The position numbers and the translations under genes are program-made. Source: a virus. Taken from it: 64,000 nt of DNA. Location of the stretch: IMG/VR virus record IMGVR_UViG_3300042887_000976, positions 1 to 64,000 of that record, one strand, 5' to 3'. Shown one piece after another: positions 1-8,076 of the stretch. The notes under the pieces were generated by a model. The model saw only the letters and a program-made list of their open reading frames with translations, was not told the DNA's origin and did no database searches. Within the stretch, counting starts at the first letter, position 1. Every line of letters starts with the position of its first letter.

Positions 1-2
1 TG

Positions 3-179
3 CTGGGCGTGAAGGCAGATGGCACTCGCACGATTGACGACCGCTTGTGGGGCTTGCTGGAGGGCAAGTTCCGTGAAGCCAAGGCAGTCATGGATGGCGA
101 GATGGTGGACACCATGGTGGGCGAGTCAGAAGAGTCGCTGGCGATGGCAATCCTGCGCTCCTACCTCGCAGACCTCTAA
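3..179 (+). CDS. C-terminal end of probable SNF2-family helicase (partial, begins before window)
   Basis: Manual translation LGVKADGTRTIDDRLWGLLEGKFREAKAVMDG...ADL*; the TIDD..W..L..K......V.DG pattern resembles SNF2 helicase C-termini; followed by a terminator. Confidence 0.55.
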   Translation: MGVKADGTRTIDDRLWGLLEGKFREAKAVMDGEMVDTMVGESEESLAMAILRSYLADL

Positions 180-193
180 CCACCCAGCGGTCG

Positions 194-230
194 GAGCCCC
201 TGCCCTTCGGGGTGGGGGCTCTTTCCGTTT
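194..230 (+). terminator. Intrinsic terminator
   Basis: GAGCCCCTGCCC-TTCG-GGGTGGGGGCTC hairpin followed by TTTCCGTTT, 14 nt after the stop codon. Confidence 0.85.
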
Positions 231-247
231 CCAGAGTTTCTGTAATG

Positions 248-1250
248 TCCTGCGGGCTCAGATTGTTCGGGTCGCATAGCAGGGGATTGTTTGCGAACAC
301 ATAACGGAAACATAATTTTGACATAAGCCCCGTGGGGGCTCGCGAACACGGCTTGACAAAACCCTTGCGCAGTAAGGCTTTGCTGGGGGCTGATGCGGCG
401 CATTCATTCTGAAACCCTTGCCCCACAAGGCTCTGCGGGCGTTCGTTTCTACGGGCACTGGGAGGCTCTACGGGGGCACGCCCCCACTGTGGGCACTGTG
501 ACACCCGACCGACCGTTGTCGCCCCCATACGGGCTCCCAGTGGGCTCTGCGGGAGTCTCCATGTGGGTGCTGGGTTACGGGCTCGGTCAGGTGCTGGCTA
601 GACCAATAGTCTGTTAGGTGCGCCTAACAAAACAGGGGTTTGGAGACACCCCGAAACACCCCAAACCCTGTCAGACGCTACAGGAGCCGTTTTGGGGGCG
701 ATACCCCCCTGTAGGCACCCTTCATACCTTTTCGGGCTCAATCGCCCCCATACGGGCTCTGAATGGGCAATCCTGAAGGCTCCCGTGGCTCGGTGGCTGG
801 CTCGGTCTCGGTCAGGCTCGGTGTTAGGTGCGCCTAACGGGGCGAGTCGGGGCTCGGCTCGGTCTCGGTCTCATGGCAGGTCAGTGACGGTCTCGGTCAG
901 GGCGAGCCTGCGAGATTCTGTACGAACGCTCACGGGCAGGCGTGCGTGCGCAGGTGCGTGCGTGCGCAGGTGCGTGCGTGCGTGCGCACACGGGCGTGGG
1001 CGCAGGCGTGTGTGGGCGTGTGTGTATGCGTGTGTTTTTGTTTTGTGTTTCACGGATTCAAATGTGTTGGGCGAACTCGTAAACAATCAAACAAACTTTC
1101 ACGAACCCACAACGAACCCGACAACAATCAAACAATCCCTCACGGAATCACAACAACAGCGAACAACGAAACAATCCCTCACGGACAGCGTGAATGAAGC
1201 AACACCACCGAGCGCAGACATCACAGCACACGGGCTGACACGCCGTGGGG
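248..1250. other. Repeat-rich non-coding block (candidate genome end, packaging or origin region)
   Basis: No credible ORF; palindrome GTTAGG-TGCG-CCTAAC twice (613, 823); TCGCCCCCATACGGGCTC twice (519, 742); AAACAATCCCTCACGGA twice (1130, 1169); GTGC runs at 940-1035; bounded by convergent terminators. Confidence 0.6.
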
Positions 1251-1375
1251 ACATTACAGAAACTCTTGCAGGCATTGGGAAAGGCTCAAAAAAACGAGGT
1301 CGGTTTTTCAGTGACATCGGTTTTTTGGAGACATCAAAAAACACCATCGGTTTTGCTGGAGACATTACAGAAACT

Positions 1376-1406
1376 GAAAAGCCCCCGCCCCGAAGGGCGA
1401 GGGCTC
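1376..1406 (-). terminator. Intrinsic terminator
   Basis: Minus strand GAGCCCTCGCCC-TTCG-GGGCGGGGGCT-TTT, just after the DUF932 gene. Confidence 0.85.
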
Positions 1407-1428
1407 ACAGTGGAGGGTCGCTGTGCTG

Positions 1429-2454
1429 TTAGGCGTTGGCGAGGACGAGGTCAATCGCTTGCAAGACCTGAAGGTCAGCGTCATCGGTCTTGCCCATGAC
1501 TGCGTTGCTCAGGTTGCGCTGGGCACGATTCTTGTCGGTGCCACTGATGTGGTGGGCATAGGTGTTGAAAGCCTGAATGACTCCCAACTTGGTGCCCTTC
1601 CATGGAGCGACCATTGGGTTCTTGCTGTACAGGTCAAAGATTGCGTCCTGCTTGTTGCCCAACTTGGTGCGTGCGCTGTTGGTGGTTTCACCCATCTCAG
1701 CGATTGGCACAAGGCGGTTCACGATGTCAAAGAACTGCTTGTCGGTCACCGAGACAGAAGCCAAAGCCTCAATCTCAGCCATGATGTTGTCGGTCATGGT
1801 GTGAACCACGCCGATGGCATCACGCACTGACTGAACCTTGAAGCCTGAGTGCTTTGAGTGACGGGTGCGGTGAGCAGACTTGCCATCGTTGAGACCCATG
1901 GACAGCGTGTTGTCGCAGACGACCACGGTGTTGGTCATCTTGTGGGTCGTGGCAAGCGAGCCGTTGTGGCTGGTCGTTGCGAGCAACTGCGGGCGAACGG
2001 TGAAGCCCGATGGGGTTTCAATGTTCTCAGGCAACTCAATGCTGACCCATGCAACTGCGCCACCCTTGAGAAGCCCAGCCTGACCGATGGCAAGGTTGCT
2101 GTCGTCCACGATGTTGGCGACTGCGTCAATGAGCCATTCGCCATACTGGTGGATTTGGTAGCCATCCTTGAAGATGCCAAGCACGCTCTGGTCATCGGAG
2201 CGAACGATGAACTTGCGGTCATTTTGCAAGACATAGTTGAAGCCCTCAGCGGTCGGGATACCAACGAATGCTGGTGCCTCTACTGCCTGCCAGTTGAGCA
2301 AACGGCGATACACATCGGCAACGGGGATTGCGCCAATGTAGTGATTGCTTTCCGAGCCCTGCTCAGATGCTTTGTAGTGCCATGCGTTTCCACGGCGTTC
2401 AGTGAATCCAATCAGAGTGTTCTGATTGAGCCATTCCAGTGTTTCCTGTGACAT
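1429..2454 (-). CDS. DUF932-family phage/plasmid protein
   Basis: MSQETLEWLN start after AGGAGG RBS; GxLKGGAVAW, LLATTSHNGS, VVCDNTL and RHS motifs typical of DUF932; the track ORF is over-extended upstream. Confidence 0.85.
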   Translation of the reverse strand: MSQETLEWLNQNTLIGFTERRGNAWHYKASEQGSESNHYIGAIPVADVYRRLLNWQAVEAPAFVGIPTAEGFNYVLQNDRKFIVRSDDQSVLGIFKDGYQIHQYGEWLIDAVANIVDDSNLAIGQAGLLKGGAVAWVSIELPENIETPSGFTVRPQLLATTSHNGSLATTHKMTNTVVVCDNTLSMGLNDGKSAHRTRHSKHSGFKVQSVRDAIGVVHTMTDNIMAEIEALASVSVTDKQFFDIVNRLVPIAEMGETTNSARTKLGNKQDAIFDLYSKNPMVAPWKGTKLGVIQAFNTYAHHISGTDKNRAQRNLSNAVMGKTDDADLQVLQAIDLVLANA

Positions 2455-2499
2455 TTGATGTCCTCCTGTATCGGAAGGGGCGGTATTGCCCCACGACCG

Positions 2500-2529
2500 A
2501 TTGTAGGGGCGGTCATGTGAGTAAAGCAA
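2500..2529 (-). promoter_or_regulatory. SigA/sigma70-type promoter
   Basis: TTGCTT-18bp-TACAAT; 13-mer motif 15 bp upstream of the -35. Confidence 0.7.
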
Positions 2530-2570
2530 CAATCGCTCGGTGAAAGTTTCTGTAATGGTCTGAGAACGAC

Positions 2571-2600
2571 AAAAGCCCCCGCCCGTAAGGGCGAGGGCTC
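2571..2600 (-). terminator. Intrinsic terminator
   Basis: GAGCCCTCGCCC-TTAC-GGGCGGGGGC-TTTT; near-identical to the 1376-1406 terminator. Confidence 0.85.
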
Positions 2601-2623
2601 CTGCTGGGGGAGTTGTTGGGGGG

Positions 2624-3262
2624 CTAGAAGGGCTCGGTGAAGCCATCAATCTCGTCTGCTGGTTCGGGCAATTCGTCAGGCTCGCCGCCGAACAACTCGG
2701 TCTCGTCCGAGTAAGACACGAACTTGTAAGTGCCATCAGGAAGGGTGGCAGTGCCACCCTTCTCGCCCCAGTGAGCCAACTTTGCGCCGTACCTGAAGAA
2801 CCCGAATGTGGGGTCGTCAGACGACTTGGTGATGTTTGCCAAGAACGCAAGTGTGTCACCCTCGTTGAGAACCACACGCATCTTGGTGAAGTCAACCACG
2901 GGAATGGTGCCCCACAACTTGGTGCCATCTTCACGCTCAAGGATGACCTTGGCAATCGGGGTGTTGTTGTTGCGCCCATCGGTGTCAAACTTGAGAGACA
3001 CAATTTTGCCAATGACGCTCTTGTTGCGACCGCCTACGACAACTTGCTTGTTGGCAATCATTTCAGCCTTCTTCTCAGCCTTGACCTTGTCGGTCTCAAA
3101 GTTGCGCTCAACGCAAGCCATCTGACCTTCAGAGAGAACGAAGCGCATGGACTTGTTCAAGATGTCGGTGTAGAAAGAGTTGCCATTGGCATAGGTCATC
3201 AAGTGCATGATGACTTTTTGCTCACGCTCAGATGGCGCAGGTCGTGGTTTGTATGTTGTCAT
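2624..3262 (-). CDS. Hypothetical protein, possible OB-fold with acidic tail
   Basis: MTTYKPRP start after AGGAGG; beta-rich middle (GKIVSLK...KLWGTIP...GFF); acidic C-terminus ending EPF. Confidence 0.7.
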   Translation of the reverse strand: MTTYKPRPAPSEREQKVIMHLMTYANGNSFYTDILNKSMRFVLSEGQMACVERNFETDKVKAEKKAEMIANKQVVVGGRNKSVIGKIVSLKFDTDGRNNNTPIAKVILEREDGTKLWGTIPVVDFTKMRVVLNEGDTLAFLANITKSSDDPTFGFFRYGAKLAHWGEKGGTATLPDGTYKFVSYSDETELFGGEPDELPEPADEIDGFTEPF

Positions 3263-3306
3263 TTTTGATTCCTCCTGTGGAAACGGGACGGGATGCCCCA
3301 CCACCA

Positions 3307-3335
3307 AAGATAGAGCAATCGCCCACAAGACACAA
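3307..3335 (-). promoter_or_regulatory. SigA-type promoter
   Basis: TTGTGT-17bp-TATCTT; 13-mer 6 bp upstream of the -35. Confidence 0.7.
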
Positions 3336-3365
3336 CACCAAAGTTTGTGTAATGTCCTGACAACG

Positions 3366-3397
3366 AAAAAAGCCCCCGCACCGAAGTGCGAGGGCTC
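3366..3397 (-). terminator. Intrinsic terminator
   Basis: GAGCCCTCGCAC-TTCG-GTGCGGGGGC-TTTTTT. Confidence 0.85.
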
Positions 3398-3414
3398 GTT
3401 CCGTGGGGGGCTGA

Positions 3415-3768
3415 TTAGCAGAAGATTGCGTACAGTTGCTCGCACTGCTCAAGTGAATATGTGCCAGCCGAATACTTGCCAACGAGGTGGTTGACGAATG
3501 GCTTCAATGTGCCGAGCCACATCTGCATTGCAGGCTCGCCAAAGTTTGTGGTCACGAACTCTTGCGTCCACAGCACATCTGCGAACTCGTGGTGATTCTT
3601 CATGCGAACTTTGTGACCTGTGTCTGCGCTGTGACGATGACCCCAGTTCTTGGCACCACGCTCGTTGCCACGATGATAGAACTGCTCCCATTCGCACTCT
3701 GTGCAAACTGTGTATGGGTAAGCACCAAACACTGCTGTCCCTGTTGGGTTAGGTGAGATAGTTGACAT
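3415..3768 (-). CDS. Hypothetical protein with C2H2-like motif
   Basis: MSTISP start after AGGAGG; CTEC...RHSADTGH. Confidence 0.7.
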   Translation of the reverse strand: MSTISPNPTGTAVFGAYPYTVCTECEWEQFYHRGNERGAKNWGHRHSADTGHKVRMKNHHEFADVLWTQEFVTTNFGEPAMQMWLGTLKPFVNHLVGKYSAGTYSLEQCEQLYAIFC

Positions 3769-3809
3769 TTGATTCCTCCTGTGGAATTGGACGGGATTGC
3801 CCACTGCCA

Positions 3810-3838
3810 AAGATAGGGCAATCTCTTGCGAAGAGCAA
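3810..3838 (-). promoter_or_regulatory. SigA-type promoter
   Basis: TTGCTC-17bp-TATCTT; 13-mer 6 bp upstream of the -35. Confidence 0.7.
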
Positions 3839-3864
3839 CATGAAAGTTTCTGTAATGTGATTCA

Positions 3865-4239
3865 TCAGACAATCCGTTCTCGCAACTCGTCATAACTGAT
3901 GTTGACCCACCCTGTCAGGGAGTCATTTGGAACTCGTGGTGAGTTATCTTCCGTGGTAGAAAATGAATGCGCACAGCAGGGCTTGTCTTCCCAACAGGGG
4001 TGGCACCCTGCGCCAAACTTGAGTCGCAAGATTGGAAACAATTCCACAAGGCGAATTACACAGTCATGGCAAATGTCAAGTCGGCTAAGGAAATGTAAAG
4101 GTTTCTGAAAGTTGTCGGTGAAGCCTGCGTATGAACCAGTGATGTCAAATGACAACCCACGGTCAGGTGGTTCTTCAGGCAACCACCGTGTGACTGGCGC
4201 ACCACACCCGTCACAGGTGTTGGGAAGAGTTTCTGTCAT
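3865..4239 (-). CDS. Cys-rich hypothetical protein
   Basis: CDGC, GSYAGFTD, ICHDC; AAGGA RBS. Confidence 0.7.
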   Translation of the reverse strand: MTETLPNTCDGCGAPVTRWLPEEPPDRGLSFDITGSYAGFTDNFQKPLHFLSRLDICHDCVIRLVELFPILRLKFGAGCHPCWEDKPCCAHSFSTTEDNSPRVPNDSLTGWVNISYDELRERIV

Positions 4240-4295
4240 GTCCTTGTCTTTCGTTTAGTTGGGAGTGAGTCCGTGAGAGTTTGTGTAATGTTCCA

Positions 4296-4625
4296 TTACA
4301 GGTCGTCCTCATCACGATGCTCAAAACTCCAGCAGACCTCACCAGTGACAACACCAGCAATGAAGGCATCAGCCTGCAAACGGTCGTAGCACGATGGTGA
4401 GTCAAGAACGAGTACAAACTCATAGCCCAAGAGGCATCCGTGTACGAATGCGTTGCGCAGGTCAAGGTTTACACAATCGTTGGTGTCAGGGTATGTCATT
4501 TGTGCAATCTCGCCCCACTTCTCAAGATGTGCTTTTGTATAAGTTCTTGGTTGCTTGTGGTAACGCAAAGCGTTGCGTGTGTCACGCACTGCTTGCGAGT
4601 AATCCGTTATTACTGTCATGTCCAT
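4296..4625 (-). CDS. Hypothetical protein
   Basis: ORF with AGGAGG RBS downstream of a promoter. Confidence 0.7.
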   Translation of the reverse strand: MDMTVITDYSQAVRDTRNALRYHKQPRTYTKAHLEKWGEIAQMTYPDTNDCVNLDLRNAFVHGCLLGYEFVLVLDSPSCYDRLQADAFIAGVVTGEVCWSFEHRDEDDL

Positions 4626-4648
4626 CCTCCTGTGGTTGGGTTGACTTC

Positions 4649-4677
4649 ATCGTAGGGAATAAAACGGTCGGTTGCAA
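4649..4677 (-). promoter_or_regulatory. SigA-type promoter
   Basis: TTGCAA-17bp-TACGAT; 13-mer 5 bp upstream of the -35. Confidence 0.75.
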
Positions 4678-4770
4678 CAGAGAGTTTCTGTAATGTTGGT
4701 TTTTTAGTGACATCGGTTTTTCAGTGACATCGGTTCGTCAGATTCTGTATTAGTTTCTGTAATGGGGTGC

Positions 4771-4802
4771 AAGAAAAAGGGACGGTTTGCACCGTCCCTT
4801 CT
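4771..4802 (-). terminator. Intrinsic terminator
   Basis: AAGGGACGGT-loop-ACCGTCCCTT hairpin with T-run on the minus strand. Confidence 0.8.
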
Positions 4803-4828
4803 CCCTCACTGGGGGCGTGAGATGTTAC

Positions 4829-5146
4829 TTAGTTCTCTTCTTCGTCTTCTGCTTCGTTCCAGCAATCTTCGCACATTGCATCTGCATAGATGTCAGAGTC
4901 CATTCCACAGATACCACAGTATGTTACTGTTTCTTCGCTCATACCAATGTCACAGGTGACCCACGCCATCGTGGTGCGGAGCAAGTGACCGTAGTCGGCT
5001 GATGTGGCTTCCTCGTGGTACGCAGTTACTTCATCGCTGGGCACGCCTGCTTTGCGCAATGCCTTCATCGTGCGAGCAAGGATTGAGAACGCATTACCGT
5101 CCTCACCTACTAGTTGCACTTGTGCTTCGGGGTATTTGGTTGTCAT
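4829..5146 (-). CDS. Conserved small phage protein
   Basis: VQLVGEDGNAFSILART.KALRKAG pattern common in phage hypotheticals; CxxC pairs; AGGAGG RBS. Confidence 0.75.
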   Translation of the reverse strand: MTTKYPEAQVQLVGEDGNAFSILARTMKALRKAGVPSDEVTAYHEEATSADYGHLLRTTMAWVTCDIGMSEETVTYCGICGMDSDIYADAMCEDCWNEAEDEEEN

Positions 5147-5391
5147 GATTCCTCCTGTGGAACTTGGTTGTTGATAAATGTATCGGTCTTGGTCAGGACT
5201 TGCAACTTAGGAGTTTGTGTAATGTCTGCCAAGTTGGATTGTGCGTCTTGCTCAAGTTTTTTGATGAGTGTTTCCATGCGTGCATACAATTCTTCAAACG
5301 CTTCATCACTAAGTTCGTTGTAGAAAGAAAGAATGCCATCAAAGGTTTTACGCAGTTCCTTTACCGTCTTGAGTAACTCTTGTGGTGCCAT
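5143..5391 (-). CDS. Hypothetical coiled-coil protein
   Basis: Overlap-coupled ORF, MAPQELL start. Confidence 0.65.
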   Translation of the reverse strand: MAPQELLKTVKELRKTFDGILSFYNELSDEAFEELYARMETLIKKLEQDAQSNLADITQTPKLQVLTKTDTFINNQVPQEES

Positions 5392-5816
5392 CACTCGTCC
5401 TCGTCCTCGTCTTCTTCGGCGCACCAGTCGCATGAAGTTTCTGTCATGTCAGAGCCACAGTCAGGGCACTCCTCAACGGGGTCACCATTCTTGGTCAACC
5501 TTGCACCGTCAAGCATTATACGAAACTCCATTGCTGTGCCATTCTCGTAACGCACATACACAGGGAACACACCGTCCCCACCAGCAGTGGATGTTGCTAC
5601 GCCGAGACTCTTTCCTAACTGACCTGCTGTGTGACGAATTGTTGTAACGCACGCACCGTCATACGAGAAATCATTCTTGTCTTCATCAGTGCTGGATGTG
5701 AACTCATTGCTATCCCAATGTGACTTGATGTAACACGGGTCGCAGACCATGAGTTGACCTGAGTCAACTGCACATTCTCCTACGAGTGTCCATCCATTTT
5801 TTGTACTGTTTTCCAT
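5391..5816 (-). CDS. DUF4241-like protein
   Basis: G.CAVDSGQLMVCDPCY and TAGGDGVFPVY motifs. Confidence 0.65.
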   Translation of the reverse strand: MENSTKNGWTLVGECAVDSGQLMVCDPCYIKSHWDSNEFTSSTDEDKNDFSYDGACVTTIRHTAGQLGKSLGVATSTAGGDGVFPVYVRYENGTAMEFRIMLDGARLTKNGDPVEECPDCGSDMTETSCDWCAEEDEDEDE

Positions 5817-5848
5817 TTTCTCTACTTCCTGTAATGTTGAGATGTTGT

Positions 5849-6190
5849 TTATTTGTTGAGAATGTTATTCACGACTAAACCGATTGGTGAAGCGTTGAAC
5901 TTTTCTGCAAGGGTCTTGAGTTCTGTGGACTCGTCAGATTCTGTATCAGTTTCTGTAATGTCATCGTCTTCGGTAATGGCATTGAAGTTGTCAACTAAGT
6001 TGGCAACTTGCTCTTCAAGCAATGCAATAATTTCTTGTGGTGTCATTGGAAGAAAGATGTTTATTGCGTTGTAATCATTCAAAACAACCTTAAAAGTTGT
6101 CGTGCCAAACTGAGGCATATGGTGTAAGTCAAATGACATTTCTTTTGAGTGTGGATGGATATTTGTTGATGTGCTCATGTCTCGTGACAT
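5849..6190 (-). CDS. Hypothetical protein
   Basis: ORF with GAGGAGG RBS below a promoter. Confidence 0.65.
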   Translation of the reverse strand: MSRDMSTSTNIHPHSKEMSFDLHHMPQFGTTTFKVVLNDYNAINIFLPMTPQEIIALLEEQVANLVDNFNAITEDDDITETDTESDESTELKTLAEKFNASPIGLVVNNILNK

Positions 6191-6224
6191 TGTCCCTCCT
6201 CGGAACTAGTTGTTGGTAGTTGTA

Positions 6225-6253
6225 AATATAACGGTCGGTTTATGGAAACACAA
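6225..6253 (-). promoter_or_regulatory. SigA-type promoter
   Basis: TTGTGT-17bp-TATATT; 13-mer 5 bp upstream of the -35. Confidence 0.75.
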
Positions 6254-6271
6254 CACAAAGTTTGTGTAATG

Positions 6272-6514
6272 TCAGATGTAGGTGATTGTCTGAATTGATG
6301 TGATTGGTGCCATGACTTGGTATGAAGGTTCGTCAACTGAAGAGCCAACAGTGAACCACAGAACTCCATCGCTGTAATCGGTGACTTCTACATAACCCCA
6401 TGAATGACCATCACGGAGTTGTATGCGAACAAACAAATCCTTGAGTGCGTGAAGAACTGTACAGTCTTCAATTTCTTTATTGGATTCTTCAAGATAGATG
6501 ATTGGGTAAGACAT
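6272..6514 (-). CDS. Hypothetical protein
   Basis: ORF track; GAGGA RBS. Confidence 0.65.
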   Translation of the reverse strand: MSYPIIYLEESNKEIEDCTVLHALKDLFVRIQLRDGHSWGYVEVTDYSDGVLWFTVGSSVDEPSYQVMAPITSIQTITYI

Positions 6515-6517
6515 TGT

Positions 6518-6826
6518 TTATTCCTCAGTTTCTGTAATGGTGTTCATGAGGGCAAGGTACCAGTCATGAGTTGCGGCAGTACCTGCCAACGATGCGATTC
6601 GGGCATCATAATCGCTGGCATCACACCCGTCATAGACAATAGTTGTGTAGTGACCTTGAAGAATGACTGCTTGTGCCCAATGGGTTTCGCTATCATGAAT
6701 CCTGTTGTCAACTTTGTCAATGTGCAAGATTGCTTCAGAGACAATGTCATTTGCTTCACTTTCTGATTCGGCAAAAACAAAATAAGTTCCTGTCATGGTT
6801 ACGGTGTATGGCTTTTTGTTAGACAT
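6518..6826 (-). CDS. Hypothetical protein
   Basis: Y.V...GT..V.AESE.EA N-terminus; coupled. Confidence 0.65.
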   Translation of the reverse strand: MSNKKPYTVTMTGTYFVFAESESEANDIVSEAILHIDKVDNRIHDSETHWAQAVILQGHYTTIVYDGCDASDYDARIASLAGTAATHDWYLALMNTITETEE

Positions 6827-6829
6827 TAT

Positions 6830-7132
6830 TTATTCCTCGGTTTCTTCGTGGTCTTCGCTGATGCCATGCTTCTCAGAGTCATAGCATTCTTCGTGGTAGT
6901 TTCCGTAATGGTAGTTACCTTCTTCATCTGTGAACTCCACACGAATCTCACAGTCAAGATAAATCTGTTGGTTGCACTCGTCACATTCAAATCCTGAACA
7001 CTCGGCACAGCCCCAACCATCGTCAACTGGGATACGGTTAACGAATAAACCAAATCCCGCACCAAACGCTGTTGAGCGTTTGCAATATACACATGGGTCA
7101 ACTGTCCCCAGTGCTTGTTCTGCTACATTCAT
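6830..7132 (-). CDS. Cys-rich hypothetical protein
   Basis: CVYC, FVNRIP, CAEC, CDEC; GAGGAGG RBS. Confidence 0.7.
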   Translation of the reverse strand: MNVAEQALGTVDPCVYCKRSTAFGAGFGLFVNRIPVDDGWGCAECSGFECDECNQQIYLDCEIRVEFTDEEGNYHYGNYHEECYDSEKHGISEDHEETEE

Positions 7133-7239
7133 AATTCCCTCCTCAGAAAATTAGTTTGTTTTATGTGAAAGGTTCCCTGTCATTCTCGTGTAAGAAATTA
7201 ATCTCGTGTAAGAAATCGGGGAACCCCCACACACTTATT

Positions 7240-7268
7240 ACCTTACAGGAGAGGTAATAAGAAAACAA
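7240..7268 (-). promoter_or_regulatory. SigA-type promoter
   Basis: TTGTTT-17bp-TAAGGT; 13-mer 5 bp upstream of the -35; overlaps inverted repeat CTTATTACC...GGTAATAAG. Confidence 0.6.
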
Positions 7269-7286
7269 CACAAAGTTTGTGTAATG

Positions 7287-7472
7287 TCACCACTCATTTG
7301 TGCGAACTGAAGAAGCAATCATTGCTCCAACTCCTGCAAAAATGATTCCCCATACTCCGTAAGCAATAGAACCATTTTCCATACCAAATGAAAGAAAGAT
7401 TCCGACAAGAAGTAAACTGACGCTCAAGCGTTTCTTGAAGCGTGTCCATTTATGCCAATCTGCTACTTTCAT
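7287..7472 (-). CDS. Small membrane protein
   Basis: Two hydrophobic segments. Confidence 0.65.
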   Translation of the reverse strand: MKVADWHKWTRFKKRLSVSLLLVGIFLSFGMENGSIAYGVWGIIFAGVGAMIASSVRTNEW

Positions 7473-7948
7473 GACTCATCACTTTCTGTATTGTTGTATT
7501 CGGCGTACATCCAATCCAATGCTGTGACAACGGCTGTGCGCCAATGAATCCATAGTTCATCATCTTGTAAAATGTAACTGGACAGCAAATCAAATTGGTT
7601 TTTGTTTAGATGTGCGCCCCACTCAAGAATCTTTTTAATCTCTTGGGCACCTTCAATGTGGTCAACATCACCAATCATTGCAGGAATCTCTTCAAACTCT
7701 TGTTGCAGTGTGATTGGTGTCAACGCAAGACAGTTTCCGTAATGTAAATCACCGTAACCACATCCTTCTAAGATGTCAGACAATTTTGTACCGTGACGAT
7801 TGGACACAGAGAGTGCGTCAGATTCTGTACCAAAGTTCAACAGTGTTTGGTCTGCTTCGCTCAACTCGTTCTCATCAAAGATTGCACAACGATTGACATC
7901 AAGAATGATGCCATCATCGGTACCTACAATAATCATTTTCTTTTTCAT
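7469..7948 (-). CDS. Hypothetical protein
   Basis: 159 aa coupled ORF. Confidence 0.7.
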   Translation of the reverse strand: MKKKMIIVGTDDGIILDVNRCAIFDENELSEADQTLLNFGTESDALSVSNRHGTKLSDILEGCGYGDLHYGNCLALTPITLQQEFEEIPAMIGDVDHIEGAQEIKKILEWGAHLNKNQFDLLSSYILQDDELWIHWRTAVVTALDWMYAEYNNTESDES

Positions 7949-8076
7949 TTCTTTCCTTTTGTTGCGTTACGAGCAGACTCGCAAAGTTCTTTGATATCTT
8001 TTTCTTCTTCGTGAAGACCAATGAGTGTCAGGATGCCCCACAAAGCACCAATGCCAATGATTACATAAGTCAACAT
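7945..8076 (-). CDS. Small membrane protein (43 aa, not in track)
   Basis: Manual translation MLTYVIIGIGALWGILTLIGLHEEEK...; overlaps both neighbours. Confidence 0.55.
   Translation of the reverse strand: MLTYVIIGIGALWGILTLIGLHEEEKDIKELCESARNATKGKK

Noticed and set aside
294-345. Complete dif/attP site
   Set aside because: Only a XerD-like arm; no XerC arm at 6-bp spacing and no integrase in the window
19-1499. Track ORFs in the non-coding block (e.g. 692..1432, 88..528, 871..1086)
   Set aside because: Translations of low-complexity repeats, no RBS, and several cross terminators
2455-3012. N-terminal extension of the 527-aa ORF 1429..3012
   Set aside because: Overlaps another gene, a terminator and a promoter; the real start is 2454 after AGGAGG
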